A stretch of 64,000 nt of DNA from Eledone cirrhosa (GCA_964016885.1 OZ024742.1:280612001-280676000); one strand, 5' to 3'. Shown: positions 12,829 to 27,005, numbered from the stretch's first letter. Notes: generated by a model from the letters alone, not told the origin. Numbers and translations: made by a program.

Positions 12829-13715
12829 TAAATCATGTCTTTAGAATCATCAGATAAAATATATACTATTTCTTCTTCTAATTAGCATAATTAATCATAT
12901 AAAAAAATCAATTAGATCAAGCTATAAGAAGAAAGGCTTCTACGGAGAAATCTCCGACAAATAACCGAACGTAGCCTCTTCGCGTTGGCCCCAATCGAGT
13001 ATTTATCCAACATTTCGACAGCATGTAGAAACTGACTAAATATATCATCAACCATACACAATTAGGTGTAAAATTAAACTTAGAAGAAATGCGTACATAC
13101 CGTAATTATATCTCTACCATGGTTTCATTCGTATTTAGACATCCAAATAATAGGAATGTCCTGAGTTAGGATTCATCAGGAGACAAACTCAAAATCAGAC
13201 ATCTAGTTTTTCAATCCGATCCCGCCAAAAATAGATTTAAAATGGCTAAGAATCGCTATGTGGCTGTGGTCAAGCCAGAAAGAATGTGATTGGTTGCTTA
13301 CGGCGAGTAGGCTTGCTGCTAAAAAGCGCAGCCAAATATCGCCAAATTTAATCTCAACCTATCGGGAGATTATTAAATATAAAGGTTAACATATACATAA
13401 AGTTATATATATATATATGTTGCAACTGGTCACTTTTAAGCTCTATGAAGAATTAATAAATTAAAAAATCAGAGCAATATATCATAAATCATGTCTTTAG
13501 AATCATCAGATAAAATATATACTATTTCTTCTTCTAATTAGCATAATTAACCATATAAAAAATCAATTAGATCAAGCTATAAGAAGAAAGGCTCTTATGG
13601 AGAAATCTCCGACAAATAACCGAACGTAGCCTCTTCGCGGTGGCCCCAATCGAGTATTTATCCAACATTTCGACAGCATGTAGAAACTGACTAAATATAT
13701 CATCAACCATGCACA
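12825..13715 (-). mobile_element. Non-coding 656-bp unit with about 230-bp terminal direct repeats (pLTR/retrozyme-like)
   Basis: 12825-13055 repeats at 13481-13710 near-identically; TA runs on both sides; hammerhead inside. Confidence 0.8.
13111..13183 (-). ncRNA. Type I hammerhead, canonical core, palindromic stem III
   Basis: TCTC CTGATGA [long stem II containing GACATTCC..GGATGTC] GAAA CCATGG TA GAGA. Confidence 0.7.
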
Positions 13716-13950
13716 TATATATATCGGAAAAACGTCAGGCCTCCGATGGCTGAGCTACGGCCGTTTCGACAGATAGATCCGAACTAAGCCAGCAGGGCAT
13801 AGTTCGGATCTAGCTGTCGAGACGACCGGTATTCAGCCCTCAGTGTCCTGACTCTTTTCCTATTATCCACACTACTACCCTAAGTATCGAGTTATCTGGT
13901 GCGTTATGGTCCTCCAGGTAGCTTACCACACTTTATTTCTTATATATATA

Positions 13951-14810
13951 TACTAGCGGAATTACCCGCGCCTGGCTGCGTTTCACACGTTTTTTGTAAG
14001 AAAATGATGATTGATTTTAAATCAGTAATATCATTTATGAAGAATAAATAAAGGGAAAATTTTAAAAAAGTGGAGGCATTAACTAATCATTTGTGTTGTC
14101 ATATGTGTAGTGATGTTTGCCATAGATAAAATGTCTATATTAGCCACATTTTACTATAAAAGGGAGGTGCTTTTTTTGTTGATTTACGTTCAATCAATAG
14201 AAAAATCCCCTGATAATAGAGTTTCCATTACTGAAGTTATGGGCTTCCAAAATGTTTACTATAGAGAGTTTAACCTTCATTAGGGTGTCTTAATATTATT
14301 TAAATTTGCTGAAATGTTGTGAATAGGCATCATATCTTGTCATTTACCTATCGAAGGGAAAACATTTTCAGCGGGGTTTGCGCCCCCGGAGAACCCTTTG
14401 ATTATAACGAAATAAGGTACTCTGCTATTTTACTATAAAAGAGAGGTGCTTTTTTTGATTATTTACGTTTAATTAAAAGAAAAGCCCGGTGGTAATAGAG
14501 GTTCTAATACTCAAGATATGGGTTTCCAAAATGTTCACTATAGGTGATGTAACCCCATTACGATGTCTTAATATTATTTAAAGTTGCTGAAATTTTGTGA
14601 ATAGGCATCATGTCTTATCATTTACCTATGGTCTAAATTTCATATAAATCGGAGGGAAACAATTTTCAGCAGAGGTCTGTGCCCGCGCAGGCCCCCGGGA
14701 ACCCTTTGATTAAAATTTACTTTTCCAAGTACCTTGGGCAATGTAGTTTCAGAATATATATGGTTATGGGGTCTATCTCCAAAAGGATAGGAGGAGTTCG
14801 TGAACAAACG
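13951..14810 (-). mobile_element. Non-autonomous Helitron/Helentron-like element with about 280-bp internal tandem duplication
   Basis: Terminus GCGCGGGTAATTCCG-CTAGT on the minus strand; repeats 14148-14403 and 14427-14712; same terminus on + at 11470-11507. Confidence 0.5.
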
Positions 14811-15205
14811 TAAGGTTTCCCTGTTAGTACCGGTTGCATCTCCTGGTACTCAATAGGTAAGGTTATGTAAAATCCCAAGTAGACACAAAGTTAATTCCCT
14901 CAATAAAAGACACGTAAATGCGTACCATAAATCTATACCCATAACTTTCTTGTAATGAAATGCCAACAGGCAATTAGAGAGCGATATAGAATTAGCGCGC
15001 TGGTCAGAATTCGAATTCGGGATATTTCGACCAACCACGTGCGTAACACTGGTCAACTTCACAACTTAAATGAGTCAATACGTGAGTGAGAGAGAAAGAC
15101 AGAACAGGTACTAGAGCATATGTTAAACAAAACAATAAAACATTTGGAAAATTGGTCAACTTACTCTCATTGTGAATCTGCGAATCTTCCCTCAATACAA
15201 CACAC

Positions 15206-15275
<70 letters not shown>

Positions 15276-15278
<3 letters not shown>

Positions 15279-15902
15279 AAAGAATAGAGGTGTAACACAC
15301 GAGTTATGATATATTGGTAAAAGGAAAAGAAAATGCTGACAAATTGTTCCCAGTGAAAAATAGTTTAATTAGGAATAAGTAAAAATTAGTAATAAGTATT
15401 GGTTAGTATACAGTTTTAGTTTTAAGTTTTTACCGGTTGCGCATTTCTAATGCTTTTCAAAAATAATTTTGAGATAGAGCGCCCGTGATGTTTGCTCTAA
15501 TCTGATTAGTTTTGGAAATTCTACCTGTTTTATGTGAAAAAAGTTGCTCCAAAGGTATTAAAATATGTTTCGCGCCAATTCGTGTTGCAAAAATTCTTGT
15601 AGTCAAAACAATTTTGATTGGTCGGTAGAGGTCACGTGAATGTTAAAAATTGATTTTGCGCCAAATGTAGGTTTGTCGAAGAGTGTCCTTTTTCGCCTGA
15701 TTGAGAAGTCCCTGAAAAATAAGTCTTTTCAGACAAATATGTGTGTGTGTGTGTATGTGTGTAGTAAAGAGGTTAATTGTTGTGATAATGGTCAGTAGGG
15801 ATGTGTGTGTGAATTGCAGTCATGTTGTAAGGTCAACAGTTCAGGTGGCTACTAAGACAAATATGTGTGTGTGTGTATGTGTGTGTGTGAGTGTGTGTGT
15901 GT

Positions 15903-15947
<45 letters not shown>

Positions 15948-15950
15948 TGT

Positions 15951-15986
<36 letters not shown>

Positions 15987-16520
15987 CAGAGTAATTCGTG
16001 GTAGAGGGATCAGCCAGTAGGAATGTGTCTGTATGTGGGGGATATTTTAACATTTTCAAAGATATATTTCAGCTCTTGTCTTATACAGAGAAGTGTATAT
16101 GTCTCTTTGTATGTCAGTGTACGCATGTGTATGTGTGTATGTATATATGTGTGTGTATATGTGTGTATGTGGGTGTGTATGTGTGTGTGTGGGTGGACCA
16201 GTATTTTTGTGATACTGGTAAACATGGTGGACATTATTCGATATTTTCAGCTGAAAATATCTTATAATGTACACCATTTTTACCAGTATCACAAAAATAC
16301 TGTTCTACCTACACACACACACACACACATATATATATACACATATATACACACACACACATATATATATACACACACGCGTACACTAACATACAAAGAG
16401 ACATATACACACACACTTCTCCGTATAAGACAAGAGCTGAAATTTATCTCTCAACATGTTAATATATACCCCACACACGTACACACGCATTCCTACTGAC
16501 CGATCCCTCTGCTACACACA

Positions 16521-16574
<54 letters not shown>

Positions 16575-16578
16575 CACA

Positions 16579-16621
<43 letters not shown>

Positions 16622-17167
16622 ATATTTGTCTTAATAGGCACCTGAACTGTTGACCTTTCAACATGACTGCAATTCACACACACATCCCTACTGACCATTA
16701 TCACAACAATTAACCTCTTTACTACACACACACACACACATATTTGTCTTAAAAGACTTATTTTTCAGGGTCTTCTCAATCAGGCGAAAAAGGACACTCT
16801 TCGACAAAACTACATTTGGCGCAAAATCAATTTTTAACATTCACGTGACCTCTACCGACCAATCAAAATTGTTTTGGCCACAAGAATTTTTGCAACACGA
16901 ATTGGCCCGAAACATATTTTAATACCTTTGGAGCAACTTTTTTCACATAAAACAGGTAGAATTTCCAAAACTGATCAGATCAGAGCAAACATCAAGGGCG
17001 CTCTATCTCAAAATTATTTTTGAAAAGCATTAGAAATGCGCAAACGGTAAAAATTTAAAACTAAAACTGAATACTAACCAATACTTATTACTAATTTTTA
17101 CTTATACCTAATTAAACTATTTTTCACTGGGAACAATTTGTCAGCATTTTCTTTTCCTTTTACCAAT
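15276..17167. mobile_element. 1.9-kb spacerless non-coding palindrome in (TA)n with internal (CA)n tracts
   Basis: Arms 15313-16250 and 16251-17167 centred on CAGCTG; about 37-nt unpaired tail 15276-15312; same family at 37362-37762. Confidence 0.9.
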
Positions 17168-18189
17168 ATATATATATATATATATATATATGTTACAAAT
17201 CCCCCTCCGATTTACAACTTCAAATCATATGAATATATGTATACATACATTATGTAAAAGGTGTAACAAGACTTGGCTATAATAAAGTATATCATAAGTG
17301 TTCTTCGATCAAATTCACACCCACAAACCCACGCACACATATATGCACACACCGGATATATGTATGTATATATATATATAACCTCAATTTTAAAATAAAT
17401 AAATTAATATTTAAATATATCAGAATTACGACATTTGTAATGAATCATATTCTCCTAGTTATAAGTGACAAAGATAAAACTAGTTGACCCTTTTGTGTTC
17501 AGCAAGTCCACTAACTCTCAGCCATTTAAGATAATAATAAACGAAATACATTTTTCCAAACACTGTAGCGAAAATCATTTTTGAAAAGGCTATAAACGCT
17601 GCTGAAACTCGTTAAAATAAATAAAAATATATAAATTATCGTCGAATTACTTGGCATATTAATACAGAAACCTAACTATCTAACACGTCAGTCATTGCAT
17701 TTTCCAAATGATATTATGCCTCTAACACGTGATTTGTAAAGAAACTCCAAATATAATTTGTTCACTAAATAAATATTTACAAACTTTATCATGTAACTTT
17801 AACAACTCATTGGTGTGTTTTTGTTCTCGTAAACTTTTTATTACTAGCAGCAGTTTCTATTTAGATTGGCAGTATTGGTAGAGTATCGGACAGCATGTTT
17901 TAAGTTACGTTCTCTGTAAGAAATGTCAACATGAATGGACCTGTTATTTTTATCTAAAGACTTTTTTTCCAATCCCCCCCCCCCCCCCCCCCAGTCCCCT
18001 CAATCTATCTTATTTCTCATTCTTTCTTCATTGAAGGTCTAGTGTCCGAAACGTTAAGATCCTCTTCCTGATATATCAAGCGTTAACCTAATACAACCCT
18101 TCCATATACTGTACCGATTGTGTTGTTATTTCTGTTTACCTTTTACATACATATATTTATATAAATATATATATACATATATGTGTGTG

Positions 18190-18259
<70 letters not shown>

Positions 18260-18266
<7 letters not shown>

Positions 18267-19040
18267 TCCATCGGTAAAATTTCTTACTTATTTTATGTTC
18301 CCTGAGAAATAATGACGTTGCGAAGACAAACATATGTTAAGTGAAGCCCATGCATGGCTCTTTGACGTTTTCAGTTAAAGTGTCAATCACTGTCAGGCTG
18401 GGAGACTCTGAAGTGCTGAACTTACTCGTCGTAAATACCTATCGTCTGATTTTACTTATATGATTCTGCGTTCTCATGTTTATTGTAGATGAAATATAAA
18501 CTTAGGGATAATACCCGGAAACTAAAGATCAGATCAAGCTGTGCGTTTCTAAAATCCCAAAGACATTAAATTGTACATCACGTGAGGAAATCCATAATAG
18601 TGATGCTGACAGTTTCCTTAAATACCGAAGCGTTATACATGAGGAATACAGGTAATGACGGCAAACAATTACAAAGGAGTATTATCAAGAATATCCCTAA
18701 TGTTTCAGAAACATTTCGACGCACAAGTCTGGAATTATAGGCCTTGCATATGTGACAGCTGCATCATGACAACGCCATGCCTCATTTCCCGCTGCTCAGC
18801 AACGCTTTTCGAAAATAAAAGTATTTTGGTTTATTCACTAGTCTCCCTGCTCTCCAAATAGGGCAATTGAATTCAGATTGATCTGCAAAATGAAGATGTC
18901 ATTAAACGTACTCTTTTTGAAAGCCGGGAGAACGTAAAAACATAATGTAGATAGGCTTCAAAACAGTGGATTGATCGATGGGCTGTGTGGAGTCACGCGG
19001 CGATTACTTCCAAGTGGTATAGAAATTGAACTCTACCAAG
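18260..19040 (+). pseudogene. Highly degenerate mariner transposase relic
   Basis: ctgcatcatgacaacgccatgcctcat = LHHDNAMPH near 18760, followed by an HPPYSPDLA-like remnant near 18836-18866; boundaries approximate. Confidence 0.55.
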
Positions 19041-19144
19041 TAAGCAATTATATAAGTACAAGTGTGGGTTGTGTATATAAATACGTATACATACAAGCAT
19101 GTGCATATTTGTGTATCTCACTCCTCCTCTATCTCTTTCACTAT

Positions 19145-19202
<58 letters not shown>

Positions 19203-19206
<4 letters not shown>

Positions 19207-19432
19207 TTAAGTCGTTTGGAAGCCTCGACAATGCAAATGGGTAAATCTCCGGGTAACAAGATCCGGTGGTTGAGAGAGAGATGTAAGTGGGTGTACGTTG
19301 AGATGCGTGGCGTCCTCCGCTGTTTGTTGTTTTGAATATTCAAAACAACATTTGCATTGTCGAGGCTTCCAAACGACTTAAAGATATTTACCTATTATTC
19401 CACAATGCTTCAAGCAAACTTCAATACTCTCT
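19203..19432. mobile_element. Short fold-back insertion in (TA)n
   Basis: 19203-19239 is the reverse complement of 19349-19386; tail 19388-19432; related to 61863-61960. Confidence 0.8.
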
Positions 19433-19437
19433 TATAT

Positions 19438-19806
<369 letters not shown>

Positions 19807-21282
19807 TATATATATATATATATATATAAAGTTGAAAACAATCAAAACTATGTTCAATGCATTTTATTGTTGACAATCGTTTCTTCTAAACAACCGTTTG
19901 GAATCATCGGATGATTCCACCGTTAGACCTGTGCGAAATTCCTTCCTTGCTCACATTTCAACCAGGTTTGATGGTCTTTATTCTCTCGTTCACGATTTCA
20001 CCGAACTTAAATTCATAGAAATCTGGGACTTGTCTCCTTCTTCCTCACTTTCTGTTGCCTCACCATTTTGTTTGTTTACCCTCGCAATCCCCTTTATTTA
20101 CGTGTCCCAACGACTTTTTTTAGCCGTTGCTCGCACCAACCGGAGGTATATGGTCTTTAAAGCAATGAAATGCCTATGATAGTTGGAAGATCACTGATGA
20201 AGGACAAACTTTTTTCATATGTAACCCATTTGCAACTCCGCAGCGCCCTTATTATCATATTTATACATATATATGTATATTTATAAATATGTTTGTTTGT
20301 ATATGGTAGGTGGGGCTGTGTTTATGTGAAGAAGGAGAGATTGAATTTAAAGTCATTAATGATTGAATTTCACTTCACTCATAAACATCTTCACAATTAT
20401 ATGTAGGCTAAATTATTTCAAATATTTCAATTACATGAGAAGGATATTCTGTGTTAGTCTCTGAAAAAATAAAATAAAAATGATATAAATATCAATAACC
20501 AAGGAAAACATAGCAACAAAGAAAACAATACATCCTAAACAATTTTGACCAAATTCCTGGTTAAGTCAGCAGATTATGTATAAACGGCAAAGATTATTGC
20601 ATGTGATTAACCTCAATGTTTAAAATTAGAAAGAATTTTTTCACACTGATGTGTTATCTTGGTATGTTACTTTTAAAAATATGTCTCACTTGTAATGGCG
20701 GTTGTATAAAATAAAATTAAAATAACTCGTCTACCATATATTGTTAGTACAAATATATTATATAACAAAATTAGAAATTGTTTTTTCGCCTTAACATAGC
20801 GAATATGTAAATGTGTTCGTGAGTTTTATATCGAATAATAATAATATTGGATTCCTTTGCAAGCCACATTATGATATGTTTTCTCTCTGTCACTGGTAGA
20901 AGAAAAGGATGACGATTGTCACCTAAAAGCTATCCGTATTGAGGCCGTTTGCTTGCAAACGAATCCTCGAATATATATATATATATTTTAAAGTTGAGAC
21001 AGTAAACAGAAAAAAAAAAAAAAAACAACGTGGAAGCGAAGAGGCCGTACCAATGTTAAAATTAGTTTCACGCTTGAGAGTGTGTGTGGGGGGGGGGGAC
21101 ATTTCTGGTAGAAGCCCTTCATCAGGAGAAAAGTGGGCAGGAAGAGAGTTCCAAGGGTGTGTGGGGGAGTGGTGAAAAAACATTAAAATATATATATATA
21201 TATATATATAATATATATATATAATAATTGGATCTAGCTGTCGAAGGGGCTAGAGCTCAGCCGTCGGGGTCCCGACTATTTT

Positions 21283-21348
<66 letters not shown>

Positions 21349-21411
21349 TACACATGTGCGTATGTGCAGGGAAAGTAATATAATGGTATTTCGTCTTCCA
21401 CTTCTTGTTTG

Positions 21412-21443
<32 letters not shown>

Positions 21444-21736
21444 GATCATTGTAATCGTGTGTTTCAGTGGTTCGTGTGATCGCTTAACGGTCTTATAGAT
21501 GTGATTTCTAATTTCGGAGGTACAATTTTTCCAGGCTCCGCTGCTGCTAGAAAATAGGCTATACAGGTTATTCACAGTGTGTTGGACTGAATCACCATGA
21601 CAAATATGTTATGCGTTTATGTATCTGTGCAACGTTTAACCACTTAACTATAATGCAAAATGTTCTATATAAAATATAAAGATCCAGAGTGTCACACATT
21701 GGGTCCCACAGAATTTCTCTTATTATTAGATAAAGA

Positions 21737-21930
21737 GCGGTGGGCTGGCAGTATCGATAGAGGGTCGTACGCCATGCTTTGCAGCATGGAGTTGTGGTCC
21801 TCTACGTTCTGAGTTCAAATCCCGCCGATGTTAACTTAGCCTTTCATTCTTACGGGTCGACAAAATAAAGCACGAGTAATGCAGTGGGGTAATTGCTGGC
21901 CTTGTGCTAAAAGGAGAAACACTTATTACA
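21737..21930 (+). mobile_element. tRNA-derived SINE (octopod-type)
   Basis: A box-like TGGCAGTATCGATAG, B box GAGTTCAAATCC, conserved body gcctttcat.cttacggg(g)tcga.aaaataaag, end ggccttgtgc..aa..agaaac. Confidence 0.85.
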
Positions 21931-22905
21931 TAAAGAGCACACGTGTCTGTAGAATACCCAGCAACTTGAAATGTAATAAGTCGACCAGGAATTTACGTTG
22001 TTCGGCTAAGTGGATCAGTCATGATCGGAACCGACGGAGGTCTAACAGCTTATGTGTAGTTATTTAATTTTATTTTACGTTATTTATTTATTAGCCCTTG
22101 TGCACAAATTATTTAACGTTAACTGCGGAATTCCCAAATTACTAGAACAGCGGTGGGCAAACTTTTTTGATCGGGGGCCACATTGATCGTATAACGGAAA
22201 TAAAAGACCATGTGACCTCTGAGGCCCTGGAAATACTCTACTTCACAGACCATATCTTAAACAAAATATATGAAGCAATTTCGGCTTGTAAACATAAATT
22301 ACATAAAATTTTTCTGTATTACAGCCACGCTTTATACCCTAACGGATAGTACGATATTTTACGTTTTCTTGTGGTATCTAAGTTTATGTTATATTTATAC
22401 CATTACTTATTTGTATAGGTAAGTATATATTACCTGTCTTTTTTGTGAGGGTAGGTATACTTTCTCGTACGTATATTTGATTGTATATGTTATGACGTAT
22501 ATTTTATATATTCTAGTACATATGCTTTTGGTTATATGTATACGTGAGTTTTGCGTCTGTGTGATTATGCGGTTTCGTACGTATGTAGGGTTTGTGTATA
22601 TGTGTACTTGGTGTTTTCGTTGACGTACGTCTCCGAACATATGTGTATTTACATGTAGGTATGATTGTGCGCTTGTTATACACATATTTATTTATTTATA
22701 TACGTTTATTTAATTGTCTGTATACACGCGCACACACACACACATATTTATAGGTGCGTGTATTTGTATAGCTATGGCTAGTTTTTCGCGTATGCTTGTG
22801 TATGTACGTATATGGATGCGTGTATGTATTTATTTAATTTCAATTACCTCTGTATTTATTTACTTTATTCTTACCCTCAAGCCGAGAATCATTCGGTTTC
22901 CTAGT

Positions 22906-23334
22906 TAGAATTTTAGTCTACGACTTCAGTTATTCCATTTACCTGGTTTTGTCTTTGCGTGCAATTGTTCTCCACGCTCCACATATGATGTATTATCTTC
23001 GTTTTTTCCGTTCATTGCCAGAGAACGTCTCTATGAACCACCTAATAGAATATTAGTCTACGATTTTTTTAATACTATAAACGTGGTTTTGTCATTTTTG
23101 AGTGTATTTGTTTTTCACCGCTCCAAATAATGACGTATTATATTTGTTTTTTCCAGTTATTTGGCAGGGAACGTTTCCACGAACCAAAGTATCGTCTTTT
23201 TGTCTTCCTCCGGTTGCAACGTTTTTTGAAATATTTACTTCTGCGTTTACAGATTGACTTTGTTAGTTTCAGAAGATGCCGTTAAGTGTGAAAGCAGCCA
23301 TTCTTTGCTTAAACTTTAATCTGTTATTTTATAA

Positions 23335-23335
<1 letters not shown>
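22906..23335 (+). mobile_element. PLE-type 3' region with about 140-bp tandem repeat and CAGAAGA hammerhead variant (23265-23315)
   Basis: Repeats 22906-23040 and 23046-23186; AGTTT CAGAAGA..GAAA GCA..TGC TT AAACT; upstream flank shared with 50707-50760. Confidence 0.65.
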
Positions 23336-23367
<32 letters not shown>

Positions 23368-23499
23368 GAAGAGGTCACAGAGTGTGTGACGAAAGGACTA
23401 TGACTATATATAAACAACTATCTGGTTGTGGAACCAACCAACGAACCAGAAATTTATAATTTTGTAAATTTGTAAATTTATAAATTTATAAATATATAA

Positions 23500-23628
23500 T
23501 AAATTGAAGTGAAAGCAACTGGTGCGTGTGTTTCTTATTGGCAACATGACCCTCCCAAAGTATAACAATATCGGTTTCAACACACGATTTCAGATAAAGA
23601 ATCTTGCTAAACAAATTCAGAAACGAAA
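23500..23628 (+). mobile_element. Diverged 3' end of the 30982 PLE family
   Basis: atgaccctcccaaagtataacaatatcggtttcaacacacgatttca resembles 34431-34478; followed by (TA)n. Confidence 0.65.
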
Positions 23629-23800
23629 TATATATATATATATATATATATACTTAATAAAGAATATGAAAAAGACTGCAATTTGTATTTATTTAATGTT
23701 ATTTAATGTGTGGGCATATGCATGCACATAGTAACAGAGATAAAATACATATGTAAATACAAATTATCCAAATACACATGTTTGTATGTATGTATGTATG

Positions 23801-23832
<32 letters not shown>

Positions 23833-23880
23833 TGTATGTATGTATGTATGTATGTACATGTATGTATGTATGTATGTATG

Positions 23881-23986
<106 letters not shown>

Positions 23987-24257
23987 ACACATCTATATGA
24001 GTGGCGATACCATAACACTTACAGAACAATCGGAAGATAATAATCTGCTGTGGCAAGAAAAGTATCGTTTGGTATCTCAGAAGTACTTACTCCTTATCTT
24101 CGATCAACATACTTTTGAATTAAACGCTTTTGACTTGGGCTATTTGAGGAACGCGGGAGTTTGAGCTCGCGAGTTGGTGTGCGTAGTGAGTGTGTGAGAG
24201 TATTCATATATATATACGCACATAAAACACACACACACACACACACACACCGACACA

Positions 24258-24390
<133 letters not shown>

Positions 24391-24393
24391 ATA

Positions 24394-24472
24394 TATAGGG
24401 TGAACCTCAAAAATGTATGCACACTTTGAATAGAATGATATTGAAGTGAGTATATATTTTTTGGGACACCTG

Positions 24473-24476
<4 letters not shown>
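24394..24476. mobile_element. Small degenerate Tc1/mariner-type MITE
   Basis: Imperfect TIRs tatagggtgaacctcaaaaatgtatgcacact / agtgagtatatattttttgggacacctgtata, TA-flanked. Confidence 0.5.
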
Positions 24477-24504
<28 letters not shown>

Positions 24505-25784
24505 AGTGTGTATGTACGTGTATATATACACATATATACACTTATATATAATCGTATTGTGATGTGTGAGTAAATTAGAATATTTTTAGAATGCTTTCCA
24601 GTATTATACTTTTCAGAGTGACTTGATTATTATCAGTACCACTGCCATAATGTTGAAAATTTGTTCTCTTGGATTTCATTCTAAAATATTGCTGCATAGT
24701 CTCTGACTTTTCTTTGGTTTTATTTACGGTAACAAAAATAATTTAAATCTTTATATATCAAATTACTTGAAACTGCATCAAATTATATGAGTGTTGTTTT
24801 AAAAGTGTGTGTGTTTATCTAAACAACGTCATAATTCTATGTAGAAAAAAGAAAATTAAATTGTGCACCAAGCGTTAGCTTAATTATGAGAAACTAAATT
24901 CAAAATCCATTCAAATACTTGAAAATTTCAAACAGTATAGCATGAAAATAGTTAATATATATATATATTCATTTTAAATGTTTCTAAGTATCCGTCTAAA
25001 TTATGTAAGTACCAACTTAATATGAAAAAAGGATATTTTTACTACCTCAAATAATTTTATTATCTTTGAAATTATTTGCAAACAATAGACAGTGTCTTTC
25101 TTTAAAAGTATAGCAAGGAATGATTTTATGTAAAAATGATGTTTGATTTGTTCTTGAAATAGCAAGACAGTATTACACAGAGATATGTCAGAAATCTTAG
25201 ACGAACAATCTATAGATAAAATACAATTTTAAAAGTATTAGTGTCGACATCGAAGACGTATCATCTGAAACGTGACCCAATTACAGTTCAACTGTGTAAC
25301 ATTTATTTTCACCTAAATTACTCAACATATTGCCATCAAATTAACCAGCGAAAACTGATTGGTTCTGAAATCTTTAATTTAAGAGGTGTAGGAAACATGT
25401 TACAGATATAGAGATGGAGATGAACGAGGGACAGAACCATGGGGTATGTGTGGCATGTGTCACATCTGTATTTAGTTACCCCAGAGTTACCATATGCATT
25501 CTGATTTCAAATACCGTTGTGTTCTTGACGTTGTCTATATTTTCATACATGCACACATACATACACACAGATTCGTACATACATACATACATGCATGCAT
25601 ATATATGTGTGTGTGTGTGTGCTCGTGTGCGTGTACGCGCGTATATGTGTGTGTATGCGTGTGTGTGTGTGTTACTGTGTGTGTGGGTGAGTGTGTTGTG
25701 TGTGTGTGTGTATGCGTATGTGTGTGTGTGTTGTGTGTGTGTATGTGTGTGTGGGGGTGGGGGTGTATGTGTGTGTGCGTGCGT

Positions 25785-25844
<60 letters not shown>

Positions 25845-26330
25845 CAGAACGAGACGTACGGATACAAATGTTCCATTTAATCTAGCAACACGTACAGTTA
25901 TCTCAAATAATGAAGCTCGGAATAAAAGCTTCCAAGAACTAAAATATATTCTACTCGAAAGAGAGTATCCATCATTGTTTATACACAATGAAGGGCGGTA
26001 GATGATCAATATCGGTTGAGGGTCAGACGCCATGCTTTCCAGCATAGAGTTATGTCTCTATACGATGTGAGTTCAAATCCCGCGGATGTTAACTTTGCCT
26101 TTCATCTTTACGGAATCGATAATTGCTGGCCTTGTGCCAATAGTAGAAACAATTACTAATATACAATGACATTCAGGTATTATGAAAAACAATAACAGTT
26201 TCAGATACATCCAATACTTTATTCTATATCTCAAAACTGAATTCAAGAAATACAGAGGCATACAACATAATCGACAAAACCTAAGAATTGAGACAAAATC
26301 TAAGAATGAAAATAGCACTTGAAACCTAAG
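25845..26330 (+). pseudogene. Old PLE relic of a third lineage (thumb region) interrupted by a SINE at about 25993-26155
   Basis: [40 protein letters not shown] resembles PLE post-RT IPFxLAxR...L...YP segments; SINE B box at 26069. Confidence 0.55.
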
Positions 26331-26827
26331 TTAATCAAAAACAAAACACGACAAATTTTTTTTAAACAACTACTCACCAGCGCCAAATTACAACACCAAC
26401 ACTCAAAAAGTATGGTCGCCATAAGCTAAATGAGGACAAACATTTTTTTTGTAAAAAATCATTTCATTTGTTAAAAAATAACCTCCCCGAAAAAATCCTG
26501 ATATATGCCTTTAACTATAAAGAGTGTAACGACGATTATAAATGGTAAAAAAACATTACCCCATTGAACGCAAAGAATTGTGATACCCGACCACGATACA
26601 ATTACCACTTAGTGAGTATTTAGATTTCTGTGCAACGAACAAATGATCCCTAAATTCCAGGTTGTTACCTAATATCATTGTCCACATTATGCCACAAATC
26701 AAACACTGATAAATAAATAAAATATATTTATTCAAGGATACAAACGGCATCTGAATAGACTCTAACTTTTTTCCGCCACATTCACCTTGCTAATAGAATT
26801 ATTATCATTATTATTGCTATTGTATAG

Positions 26828-27005
26828 AGGGCGGTGAATTGGCATTATCGGCAAAGGGTTGGACGCCATGCTTTCTAGCATAGTTACGTCCCTTTACAGT
26901 CTGAGTTCAAATCTCGCCGAGGTTAACTTTGTCTTTCATCCTTACGCGGTCGATAAAATAAAGTAGGTAATTGCTGACCTTGTGTCTAAAGTAGAAACAA
27001 TTATT
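26828..27005 (+). mobile_element. tRNA-derived SINE (same family as 21737)
   Basis: ggcggtgaattggca...GAGTTCAAATC...ctttcatccttacgcggtcgataaaataaagta...gtagaaacaattatta. Confidence 0.85.

Noticed and set aside
15276-17167. Interpretation of the palindromes as MITEs/foldback DNA transposons
   Set aside because: Ends are asymmetric with a family-fixed tail, centres vary between copies, and the same design occurs in RT-encoding PLEs.
18024-18058. TCTT-cattgaa-GG..CC-GAAAC-GTT-AAGA, and CTGATGA-AGG..CCA-GAAATGTC near 21098-21130 (-)
   Set aside because: Probably decayed minimal hammerheads; core or stem I broken, so not listed as ribozymes.
21737-21830. Possible tRNA genes at A/B-box motifs
   Set aside because: No cloverleaf; boxes are followed by the shared SINE body in every copy.
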